64,000 nucleotides of DNA, taken from an uncultured Candidatus Binatia bacterium (GTDB lineage: Bacteria > Desulfobacterota > Binatia > Bin18). Made by a program: the position numbers and the translations under genes. The stretch's first letter is position 1. The number at the start of each line of letters is the position of its first letter. Location: the NCBI GenBank assembly GCA_965200965.1, contig OZ241744.1:3488001-3552000 (forward strand). The letters are read 5' to 3'. Under the pieces are notes generated by a model. That model did not search any database and was not told where the DNA came from. It was given only the letters and a program-made list of their open reading frames with translations. Shown here piece by piece: positions 40,717 to 50,300 of this stretch.

Positions 40717-41184
40717 ATGTCCACCCGCCCGGCCTCCGACCCGCTCCACGATCTTCTGCCCTGGCGTGAAAGCCTGTCTGGCTGGTGGGAGGCCATTGTC
40801 GCCGGGGCTGCGGCCGCCCCACTCTCCGGCCTCACCCCGGCAGCGTACAATCCGGCTCGCTATCCTGCGTCGCTATCGGACCGATAGGGAATGAGTTGGC
40901 CGGCGGCCGGTTTAATATCAAAACCGGCCGTGGCGGCATTGTCGATATTGAGTTCCTTGTACAAATATTACAACTCTGGTACGATCAGCCTCCGCACTGA
41001 CTGTGACCAGTCGGGTTGAGGTGCTGGAGAGCGAGGCGCGCAGTTGCCCCTGTTGGCCAGACGGATGGGCTATGGTGGCCAAGACGCGGCATCCCGACTG
41101 CTGGCCGACTATCATGTCCAGCGGGAGGCCATTCGAGACTGTTACACGCGCTGGTTTGAAAGGCAGAAAGGACCCGAAGCATGA
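40717..41184 (+). pseudogene. glnE: Glutamine synthetase adenylyltransferase remnant
   Basis: FNIKTGRGGIVDIEFLVQILQL, and in another frame LARRMGY...LLADY...IRDCYTRWF. Under 0.5 kb left of a normally ~3-kb gene; the 5' boundary is uncertain. Confidence 0.8.
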
Positions 41185-42644
41185 GTGACGAGCAGACACC
41201 CCCCACCCCGGGAGAAGAGGCAACAGAGGATTTTGCGGCTCTGCTGGCCCAGGAAGAGACGCAACCTACGCTGCAAACGGGTCACATCGTCAAAGGCAGC
41301 GTGGTTCAGATCGGGGAGGACAGCGTCTTTGTTGATGTTGGCGATAAGGGCGAGGGGATTATCGCCCGCGCCGAACTGGAGAACGAAGACGGCAGCCTCC
41401 AGGTCGAGATCGGAGATGAGCTTGAGGCCACGGTGCTCTCAACCGAGGGTGAAATCCGTCTGTCCCGTAAACTGCTGAGAGGTATGCAGGCCCGCCAGCA
41501 GTTGGAGGCCGCCTTTTCGCACGGTCTGCCGGTTGAGGGGACGGTGAGCGCGGTCATCAAGGGCGGCTATGAGGTGATGGTCGCCGGTCTGCGAGCCTTC
41601 TGTCCGTTTTCTCAGATGGATATCCGTCGGGTCGAGTCCTCGGACGTTTTTCTGAATCGCACCCTGGAGTTCCGCGTCACGCGTTACTCCGACAATGGGC
41701 GCAATATCGTGGTCTCGCGGCGCCGGTTGCTCGAGGAAGCGGCGGTCAAAGAAGCCGAAGAACTCCGCAAGAAAATTGTGCCCGGTGCGGTCTTGCCAGG
41801 CACGGTGACATCGCTGACCGACTTTGGGGCCTTTGTCGAGCTGGGGGGCGGAATTCAAGGCTTAGTGCATGTCTCCGAGCTGTCCCATTCACGGACAGGC
41901 AAGCCGGCTGATCTGCTGACGAGCGGTCAGGCGGTGAACGTCAAAGTCCTCAAGGTCAGCGAGCAGACGGGAAAGATTTCCCTGAGTATGAAAGCGCTTG
42001 AGGCAGATCCGTGGGAGCATGTTGCCGCGCAGCTCAAGGCACGTCAGATCGTCGCCGGCCAAGTCGTGCGCATGGCCGACTTTGGGGCTTTTGTCGAGGT
42101 CTTGCCCGGTGTCACCGGCCTGCTGCACATCGGCGAAATCCCGCGCAGCCAGCAGGGGTCGCTGAAAGACGCGGCCGCTGAGCAGGCGCAGATCACGGTC
42201 ATGATTCTGAGCATTGACGCCCAAAAGCGCAGGATTGCCCTGGCCTTGGCCCCTGAAGGGGTGAGCCCCGGTAAACAGCTTGAAGAAAACGTCATCCAAG
42301 TCGGCAGTGTGCTGAGCGGCCGGGTTGACCGGGTTGAGCCGTTCGGGGTCTTTGTCCGCCTCGGGCCCGGACAAACCGGCCTGATTCCCAATCCCGAGAT
42401 GGGTACGTCGCGCGGTACCGACCATAACAAAGACTTTGGGCCGGACACCGAGATGAAAGTCCTTGTCTTGGCGGTTGAAGACAACGGGAGGCGGATCAGG
42501 CTGTCGCGGTCCAAAGCCCAGGCCCAGGAAGAGCGGACCGAAGCTCAGGCGTATATGAGCGATTCTGGGCCGGCCGGACATGGCTTCAGTACCACACTGG
42601 GGGATTTGCTGCGGCAGAAGATGAAGAAGCAGGGGAGCTCCTAG
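41181..42644 (+). CDS. S1 RNA-binding repeat protein (30S ribosomal protein S1-like)
   Basis: About 5 S1 domains (DFGAFVEL, GLVHVSEL, AFCPFSQ) and a STTLGDLL tail. Confidence 0.88.
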   Translation: MSDEQTPPTPGEEATEDFAALLAQEETQPTLQTGHIVKGSVVQIGEDSVFVDVGDKGEGIIARAELENEDGSLQVEIGDELEATVLSTEGEIRLSRKLLRGMQARQQLEAAFSHGLPVEGTVSAVIKGGYEVMVAGLRAFCPFSQMDIRRVESSDVFLNRTLEFRVTRYSDNGRNIVVSRRRLLEEAAVKEAEELRKKIVPGAVLPGTVTSLTDFGAFVELGGGIQGLVHVSELSHSRTGKPADLLTSGQAVNVKVLKVSEQTGKISLSMKALEADPWEHVAAQLKARQIVAGQVVRMADFGAFVEVLPGVTGLLHIGEIPRSQQGSLKDAAAEQAQITVMILSIDAQKRRIALALAPEGVSPGKQLEENVIQVGSVLSGRVDRVEPFGVFVRLGPGQTGLIPNPEMGTSRGTDHNKDFGPDTEMKVLVLAVEDNGRRIRLSRSKAQAQEERTEAQAYMSDSGPAGHGFSTTLGDLLRQKMKKQGSS

Positions 42645-43303
42645 GCTAGGCTCTCGCGCAGGCGCTTCACCCCCTGGGCCGGGCCGCCGGGCGCACCAAA
42701 CACGGCTGAGCCGGCTACTAACATCTGGGCCCCGGCGGCGACCACCTGGGGGGCGGTGCTCGGATCAATCCCGCCGTCGATCTCAAGCAGAGCGCTTGAG
42801 TCCCGGGCGTCAAGCAGGTGGCGCAGCCGGCGGACCTTATTGAGGCTGGCCGGAAGAAAACGCTGGCCGCCAAAACCGGGGTTGACGCTCATCAGTAAAA
42901 TCAGATCGACCGCATCCAGCATCTCTTCCAGGCTGGAGAGCGGAGTGCTGGGGTTCAGTGCTACCCCGGCCTGTTTGCCTAGCTGCTTGATGTGTTGAAC
43001 GGTGCGGTGCAGGTGGGGGCAGGCTTCCTGGTGGACCGAGATGATGTCAGCTCCGGCCCGGGCAAAGTCGTCCACATAGCGCTCAGGCTCGATGATCATC
43101 AGGTGGACATCAAGCGCGAGCGAGGTGGTGCGCCGGGCCGCCTCAACGATACACGGACCGAGGGTGATGTTGGGCACGAAGCGGCCATCCATCACATCAA
43201 TATGAATGCCGTCGGCCCCGGCCCGCTCCACCTCGGCGATCTGCTGGCCGAGGCAGCAAAAATCCGCGGCCAGGATAGAGGGCAGGAGCCTTATCGTGCG
43301 CAT
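42641..43303 (-). CDS. rpe: Ribulose-phosphate 3-epimerase
   Basis: HIDVMDGRFVPN, MSVNPGFGGQ, EIDGG, VAGSAVF. Confidence 0.97.
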   Translation of the reverse strand: MRTIRLLPSILAADFCCLGQQIAEVERAGADGIHIDVMDGRFVPNITLGPCIVEAARRTTSLALDVHLMIIEPERYVDDFARAGADIISVHQEACPHLHRTVQHIKQLGKQAGVALNPSTPLSSLEEMLDAVDLILLMSVNPGFGGQRFLPASLNKVRRLRHLLDARDSSALLEIDGGIDPSTAPQVVAAGAQMLVAGSAVFGAPGGPAQGVKRLRESLA

Positions 43304-43309
43304 CCCGGG

Positions 43310-44416
43310 CTAGGCAATCGCGTAGAGTTCGGCAGCGTTGCCGCCGACGATCCTGGCTATGTCGCCTTCCCGCATAGCGTCAAACGCCCCAGCGATGAAC
43401 TCGCGCGAGCGCGGCCACGGCGAATCGGTATGGGGATAGTCTGAGGACCACATGATCTGCTCGGTGCCGACCGCTTGGCGGGTGAACTCGACATTGCTGG
43501 TCTCAAACTGAAAGGTGGCCCAGATGTTCCGCGTGATGTACTCGCTGGGCAACATCGACAGGGTCAGCCCTTCGATGTGACGCAGCCGGTCATAGGCGTG
43601 GTCGAGCCGATACATGAAGTGCGGCAGCCACGACACGTCATTTTCTGCTGAGATGACTTTCAGCCTGGGGAAGCGCTCAAACACGCCACCGGTGATCATG
43701 TCGGCCAGGGTGAGCTGGATTTCTTGGGGCAGGCGCATATAGCCGAACAGAACCCGGCGGCGACTGAAACGGTTGCCACCGCGGCCGGTCAGGATGTGCA
43801 GCGACAGCGGCATGTTCAGCTCTTGGGCGGCGGCCCAGAACGGATCATAGACCGGGTCGCTGTAGGGGCGGTCTTCGGGCGGGGAGCCCCAGATCAGCGT
43901 ACCCCGCAGGCCCGTGTTGGCGATCCGTTCCAGTTCTTTGACGCCGGCCGGAATGTCTTCGAGGGTGATGGCCCCAAGGCCGATGAGGCGCTTGGGATCA
44001 TAGCTGCAATACTCCGCTGCCCAGTCGTTGAAGGCGGTAAAGCTGGCGGCACGCAGTTCGGCATCGTCAAGACCGAACAGCAGCATACCCATTGAGGTGT
44101 ACAGAGCCTCAGCGCTGACCCCGTCGCGGTCCTGTTCTTTGAGGCGTTCGGCTGGGTCCCAGACGCTCTTGGGGGCAACCTCAAAGCCTCTTTTCAGATG
44201 TTCGGGCAGTTCCTCAGAACTTTTGCCCGAGCCAAAAAAGCCGCCGACCTGAACCGGTTGGATATTCTCACACATGAACCACTCGCCGGGCCGGCCTTTA
44301 TACCCTTGTTGGGTGTGTGGTGCCCGGTCACGAAACTTGGCGTCAATACGTTCGGCCCACATCGTCGGTGGTTCGACAAAGTGCGAGTCGGCAGAAATAA
44401 TCCGATAAGCTGTCAT
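43310..44416 (-). CDS. Amidohydrolase family 2 protein
   Basis: ISADSH, LSLH, FERFPRLK, WSSDYPH. Confidence 0.92.
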   Translation of the reverse strand: MTAYRIISADSHFVEPPTMWAERIDAKFRDRAPHTQQGYKGRPGEWFMCENIQPVQVGGFFGSGKSSEELPEHLKRGFEVAPKSVWDPAERLKEQDRDGVSAEALYTSMGMLLFGLDDAELRAASFTAFNDWAAEYCSYDPKRLIGLGAITLEDIPAGVKELERIANTGLRGTLIWGSPPEDRPYSDPVYDPFWAAAQELNMPLSLHILTGRGGNRFSRRRVLFGYMRLPQEIQLTLADMITGGVFERFPRLKVISAENDVSWLPHFMYRLDHAYDRLRHIEGLTLSMLPSEYITRNIWATFQFETSNVEFTRQAVGTEQIMWSSDYPHTDSPWPRSREFIAGAFDAMREGDIARIVGGNAAELYAIA

Positions 44417-44900
44417 GGCACTCCCCTCCTTGTGGCTTAGAATCTGGTGAGTTCAGCTAGCCTAGCGCGCCTAGCGGGAACGGGCAAGTGAGAGGTTCGG
44501 GTCCTGTTGGGAGTGATTACCCGAAGAAAGATTGCCATGACTGAACTCGCCATACTCGGTACCGGGATCGCGTTCGCTAGCCCTATCCTTGCCGGGCAGC
44601 GTAGGGTGCGGTGTTTTGATTAAAAATTTGAAAATCTTTTCCCGCGTTTTGCATAAGTTCAGATTATAATAAATCCGCGTATCTTTACCCCCCCCCAGAA
44701 AATTCAATAAAATCAGTAACTTACACGATTTTGCAAGATTTGTAGATCCTGGTTTTGTGCGAGGCTGTTGCAGTAAGGCGGGGAGCGGCCTGACAGCCGG
44801 GGAGCGGGGCCTCTTGAGCCGAGTTCGTTGTGCGCCGGCGTCTCTTCTAGTATGGTTTTGCCCCAGCTAAGCCCCCGCCCTCTCACCGTATTTCTGAGTC

Positions 44901-45728
44901 GTGATTTCAAGAACTGACACCCGTCCGTTCTCCTTTCACCTGGATGAAACCTTTGAAAAGTACCTGATCGCCCTGTACCGGCGAAAAGACCTGCTTCTCT
45001 ACTTGGCGACATCTGGGCTCAAAGCCCAGTACCGTAACACTGCCCTGGGCTATCTGTGGTGGTTGCTTGACCCTCTGCTCGGGGTGCTGATCTATTATTT
45101 TGTGATAGCGGTGGTGTTTCGCCAGGGTGGCCCTGACTATGGGCCCTTTCTGGTCATCGGCCTGATTGTCTGGCAGTGGTTTGACTCGAGCCTGTCCTTG
45201 GCCTGCCGGTCTATCGCTTCCCAGGCCGGTATTATCACCCAGGTGTACCTGCCAAAGGCGATTTTTCCGCTTGGCGCAGCCCTGTCGCAGTTGATCAATT
45301 TTGGTTTTGGTCTGGCGATTATTGCCCTGTTCGGGATTTTTTTTCAGTTCAGACCCGGCTTGCCCCTGGTGTGGCTGCCGTATATCATCCTGGTGCAGTT
45401 TGTGTTCGTGTCCGCCCTTGGCCTTGTGCTGGCCTATGTGTCGGTGTTTGTCCGTGATGCCGAGAATGTGACGAGTTATGTGTTGCGGTTGTGGTTCTTT
45501 GGCTCGCCGGTGATCTGGTCGGAGGAGGTCTTGGCCGGGCGGGCGGGCTGGATCGTGGAATGGAACCCGATGGCGTATTTTCTGGCTGCGTATCGCGCGG
45601 TGTTCATGGCCCAGTCGCCCCCGGATTATGGGATTTTAGCCCTCATCGGCGGTCTATCGACCCTGCTCCTTGTGTATATGACCTACCATTTCAGCCAGCA
45701 CGAACATAAGATGATCAAGGTCTTGTGA
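44901..45728 (+). CDS. wzm: Polysaccharide ABC transporter permease (Wzm/TagG)
   Basis: LKAQYRNTALGYLWWLLDP, VFVRD, WNPM; exact start uncertain. Confidence 0.9.
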   Translation: MISRTDTRPFSFHLDETFEKYLIALYRRKDLLLYLATSGLKAQYRNTALGYLWWLLDPLLGVLIYYFVIAVVFRQGGPDYGPFLVIGLIVWQWFDSSLSLACRSIASQAGIITQVYLPKAIFPLGAALSQLINFGFGLAIIALFGIFFQFRPGLPLVWLPYIILVQFVFVSALGLVLAYVSVFVRDAENVTSYVLRLWFFGSPVIWSEEVLAGRAGWIVEWNPMAYFLAAYRAVFMAQSPPDYGILALIGGLSTLLLVYMTYHFSQHEHKMIKVL

Positions 45729-47281
45729 TGGCCTCCTTCGCGCCTTCCTCTGCCATTGTCCGGCCTCAAACGGTACCGCCCGAGGTCCTGCTGCAAGCCT
45801 CTGGAGTCGGGGTTGAGTATGTCCTCGGCAACAGACGAGAGGATGTGAAATCGCTGACCCATAATCTGTTTCGCCTCCACCGGCGGCAGACCTTCTGGGC
45901 CTTGCACGATGTCAACCTTGTCGGCCGCGCCGGCGAGGTGGTGGGCATCATCGGGGCAAACGGAGTGGGGAAAACGACGCTGTGTCGGACCCTGTCCGGG
46001 CTGCTGCGGCCTGACCGTGGCCGGGTCGAGACCGCCGGCAGGGTGCTGGCCCTGCTGTCCCTGGGCACGGGTTTCAACCACCAGCTTTCAGGCCGCGAGA
46101 ACATTTTTCTCAATGGCATGATGCTGGGCGTATCTCAACGGCGTCTCGCCGAACTCTTCCCCCAGATTGTGGCCTTCTCTGAATTGGAGCGTTTTATTGA
46201 TCAGCCACTCAAGTCCTACTCGAGTGGGATGGTGGCACGGCTCGGTTTCAGCATTGCCGCCAGCCTGGATCCCGAGATTCTGATTCTTGATGAAACGCTC
46301 AGCACGGGCGATCTGGCCTTCTCCGAGAAAGCCGGGCAGAGGATGCATGAGCTGACCCGGCAGGCAAAGCTGGTCATTGTCGTGACCCATCGGCTCCCGT
46401 TTGTTGAGACCTACTGCACCCGGGCGGTGTGGATTGATGGGGGAATGGTCCGGGCGAGCGGGTCTGCCCGGGAGGTTGTTGGGCGGTATAGACAGGCGCT
46501 TCCGCCCCAGGCTCCCGCTAGGCAGCCCGTCAACCTGCCGGAGACCACCTCCATGCCGGGGTCTAGGCCGGTCGCTGTTGCCCGTCATCTCGGGGTGCAG
46601 TTTGCCTTGCGGCCGGCCGGCACGAATGTCAGGCGGTGGTCGTTATTCAGGAAAAAACCCGTCTTTGAGGCGCTGCGGGATGTGTCTCTTGAGGTATTTG
46701 AGGGGGATATTCTGGGCATCATCGGCCCCAACGGTGCCGGCAAGACAACCCTGTGTCGTGTCCTCAGCGGCCTGTTACGAGCCGACACCGGCCACATCAG
46801 TGTTGCGGGCGACATGAGCGCGCTGCTGACGTTGGGTGTGGGGTTTCACGAGCAACTCAGTGGGCGGGATAACGTGTATCTTAGCGGCATGATGCTGGGC
46901 CTCCAGAAAAAGCGGCTGACCGTTCTATACCCCCAGATTATCAAGTTTGCCGGGCTTCAGGACGCCATCCATCTGCCCATCAAGCACTATTCGTCGGGGA
47001 TGCGGGCCAGGCTCGGCTTCAGTGTCGCAGCCATGATCCAGCCGGATGTGTTCATCATTGACGAGGCGCTCAACGCAGGCGATGCCGCCTTCTCCGAGCG
47101 GGCCAGCGGTAAGCTCCACGACCTCATCGCCAGCGCCAAAGCGGTGATGGTCGTGACACACAACCTGGACTTTGTTATACGGGTGTGTACCCGGGCCGTG
47201 TGGCTGGAGGCCGGCGCGGTGCGGTTTAGTGGCAGCCCGGCCGAGGCGGTAGACCTGTATCGGCAGACGGCCCGGTGCTGA
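45725..47281 (+). CDS. wzt: Polysaccharide ABC transporter ATPase with two tandem NBDs (Wzt/TagH-like)
   Basis: Two full motif sets: GANGVGKTT/YSSGM/ILDE/VTH and GPNGAGKTT/YSSGM/IIDE/VTH. Confidence 0.9.
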   Translation: MMASFAPSSAIVRPQTVPPEVLLQASGVGVEYVLGNRREDVKSLTHNLFRLHRRQTFWALHDVNLVGRAGEVVGIIGANGVGKTTLCRTLSGLLRPDRGRVETAGRVLALLSLGTGFNHQLSGRENIFLNGMMLGVSQRRLAELFPQIVAFSELERFIDQPLKSYSSGMVARLGFSIAASLDPEILILDETLSTGDLAFSEKAGQRMHELTRQAKLVIVVTHRLPFVETYCTRAVWIDGGMVRASGSAREVVGRYRQALPPQAPARQPVNLPETTSMPGSRPVAVARHLGVQFALRPAGTNVRRWSLFRKKPVFEALRDVSLEVFEGDILGIIGPNGAGKTTLCRVLSGLLRADTGHISVAGDMSALLTLGVGFHEQLSGRDNVYLSGMMLGLQKKRLTVLYPQIIKFAGLQDAIHLPIKHYSSGMRARLGFSVAAMIQPDVFIIDEALNAGDAAFSERASGKLHDLIASAKAVMVVTHNLDFVIRVCTRAVWLEAGAVRFSGSPAEAVDLYRQTARC

Positions 47282-47307
47282 GCGCGCACGGAAAGCGAGA
47301 GGACAGA

Positions 47308-50300
47308 ATGCAGATCATCGTTCTGGGGATGCACCGGTCGGGCACATCCGTCCTGACCCGGCTGCTCAATCTGATGGGGGCCTCTGTTGGGGTGGAAGGG
47401 AACCTGATAGAACCCACCGGGGAGAACGCCAAAGGCTATTGGGAACGCCTCGATATCTATGCGCTCCATCAAGAGGTGCTGACGGCTGTTGGAGCGGACT
47501 GGTACAAGGTCAGTCAGTTTGAACCCGGTCGCCTGAGTGCTGAGCAGCGCGCGGCTTTTAGTGCTCGGGCGCGGAACATTCTCTCTAAGCTTGATGCCCA
47601 TCGTCCCTGGGTGCTGAAAGATCCCAGGCTGTGTGTGTTGCTGCCGCTGTGGCAGGAGTTACTGGAAGCTCCGATCTATGTGCATATCTGGCGCAACCCA
47701 CTCGAGGTGGCCCAATCGCTGCGCACCTGGAAGGGCTTCCCGATCCGATTTGGGATAGCGTTGTGGGAGCAGCATAATTTGGCCGCCCTGCACCATACTC
47801 GTGGCTTCCCCCGCTTGCTGGTGAGTCACCGGGACCTGATGCAGCGCCCGGTTCAGACTGTTCGGACCTTCTATAAGGACCTCGTAGCCCTAGGGGTCCC
47901 CAGGCTCGGCTGTCCGGGTGAGCGAGAGATTACATCTTTTATTGAGGCTGCTCTGTACCGGGAGCGGGGTGGCATCAAGTGCCAGAAGCAGTTCGTTAAT
48001 CAAGCCCAAGCCAAGCTGCTGCGGGCTTTGGAAAAGCGGCGGGTTCTGCAATGGAAGTCCCTGCCAGCACTCTCAGCGGGTAGCCACGAGACTCTGGTTG
48101 AATATGAGGAACGGGCGGCGGCAGAGGCGCGGCGGGCGGCGGAGGTTGAAGCGTTAGAGGGGCGCGTAGGGGCGGCGGAGGCGGCGCGGGCGGCGGAGGT
48201 AGGGGAGTTACAGGGGCAGGTGGCGGCGGCAGAGGCGCGGCGGGCGGCGGAGGTTGAAGCGTTAGAGGGGCGCGTAGGGGCGGCGGAGGCGGCGCGGGCG
48301 GCGGAGGTAGGGGAGTTACAGGGGCAGGTGGCGGCGGCAGAGGCGCGGCGGGCGGCGGAGGTTGAAGCGTTAGAGGGGCGCGTAGGGGCGGCGGAGGCGG
48401 CGCGGGCGGCGGAGGTAGGGGAGTTACAGGGGCAGGTGGCGGCGGCAGAGGCGCGGCGGGCGGCGGAGGTTGAAGCGTTAGAGGGGCGCGTAGGGGCGGC
48501 GGAGGCGGCGCGGGCGGCGGAGGTAGGGGAGTTACAGGGGCAGGTGGCGGCGGCAGAGGCGCGGCGGGCGGCGGAGGTTGAAGCGTTAGAGGGGCGCGTA
48601 GGGGCGGCGGAGGCGGCGCGGGCGGCGGAGGTTGAAGCGTTAGAGGGGCGCGTAGGGGCGGCGGAGGCGGCGCGGGCGGCGGAGGTAGGGGAGTTACAGG
48701 GGCAGGTGGCGGCGGCAGAGGCGCGGCGGGCGGCGGAGGTTGAAGCGTTAGAGGGGCGCGTAGGGGCGGCAGAGGCGCGGCGGGCGGCGGAGGTTGAAGC
48801 GTTAGAGGGGCGCGTAGGGGTGGCGGAGGCGGCGCGGGCGGCGGAGGTAGGGGAGTTACAGGGGCAGGTGGCGGCGGCAGAGGCGCGGCGGGCGGCGGAG
48901 GTTGAAGCGTTAGAGGGGCGCGTAGGGGCGGCGGAGGCGGCGCGGGCGGCGGAGGTAGGGGAGTTACAGGGGCAGGTGGCGGCGGCAGAGGCGCGGCGGG
49001 CGGCGGAGGTTGAAGCGTTAGAGGGGCGCGTAGGGGCGGCAGAGGCGCGGCGGGCGGCGGAGGTTGAAGCGTTAGAGGGGCGCGTAGGGGTGGCGGAGGC
49101 GGCGCGGGCGGCGGAGGTAGGGGAGTTACAGGGGCAGGTGGCGGCGGCAGAGGCGCGGCGGGCGGCGGAGGTTGAAGCGTTAGAGGGGCGCGTAGGGGCG
49201 GCGGAGGCGGCGCGGGCGGCGGAGGTAGGGGAGTTACAGGGGCAGGTGGCGGCGGCAGAGGCGCGGCGGGCGGCGGAGGTTGAAGCGTTAGAGGGGCGCG
49301 TAGGGGCGGCAGAGGCGCGGCGGGCGGCGGAGGTAGGGGAGTTACAGGGGCAGGTGGCGGCGGCAGAGGCGCGGCGGGCGGCGGAGGTTGAAGCGTTAGA
49401 GGGGCGCGTAGGGGCGGCAGAGGCGCGGCGGGCGGCGGAGGTTGAAGCGTTAGAGGGGCGCGTAGGGGCGGCGGAGGCGGCGCGGGCGGCGGAGGTAGGG
49501 GAGTTACAGGGGCAGGTGGCGGCGGCAGAGGCGCGGCGGGCGGCGGAGGTTGAAGCGTTAGAGGGGCGCGTAGGGGCGGCAGAGGCGCGGCGGGCGGCGG
49601 AGGTTGAAGCGTTAGAGGGGCGCGTAGGGGCGGCAGAGGCGCGGCGGGCGGCGGAGGTTGAAGCGTTAGAGGGGCGCGTAGGGGCGGCGGAGGCGGCGCG
49701 GGCGGCGGAGGTAGGGGAGTTACAGGGGCAGGTGGCGGCGGCAGAGGCGCGGCGGGCGGCGGAGGTTGAAGCGAGTGAGCAGACGGCGGCAACGGAACGT
49801 GAGGCGATCATCGCCCTGTTCCACAATTCGCATAGCTGGCGCATAGCCGCTCCACTCCGAGTCATAGGGCGAGTCTGGCGAGCGATAGGCTGGCGGGGCC
49901 GCGGGCTTTTGAGCCAGATCGCCCGACCAATCTATTATCGAGCCCCCCTCCCGTTTGCTACCAAGGTCTGGCTCAAGGAAAGCCTTTTCACCGTTGCCCC
50001 GCTGCTGTTCCGGCATACTATTGCCTACCGGGACTGGACGCAGAGCCGGGCAGCGGAGGTGATAGCATTACGCGAAGAGTTAGCAACGAGTGAAGCGCGG
50101 CGGGCGGCCGAGGAGGAAGCGCGGCGGGCGGCCGAGGAGGAAGCGCGGCGGGCGGCCGAGGAGGAAGCGCGGCGGGCGGCCGAGGAGGAAGCGCGGCGGG
50201 CGGCCGAGGAGGAAGCGCGGCGGGCGGCCGAGGAGGAAGCGCGGCGGGCGGCCGAGGAGGAAGCGCGGCGGGCGGCCGAGGAGGAAGCGCGGCGGGCGGC

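Noticed and set aside
44777-44790. ops/JUMPStart-like GGCGGGAGCG upstream of wzm
   Set aside because: It lacks the conserved T of GGCGGTAG, and such a sequence arises easily by chance in GC-rich DNA
47996-49865. Long Pro-rich and Ser/Ala-rich ORFs on the minus strand
   Set aside because: Antisense shadows of the stop-free 54-bp repeat array inside the giant gene
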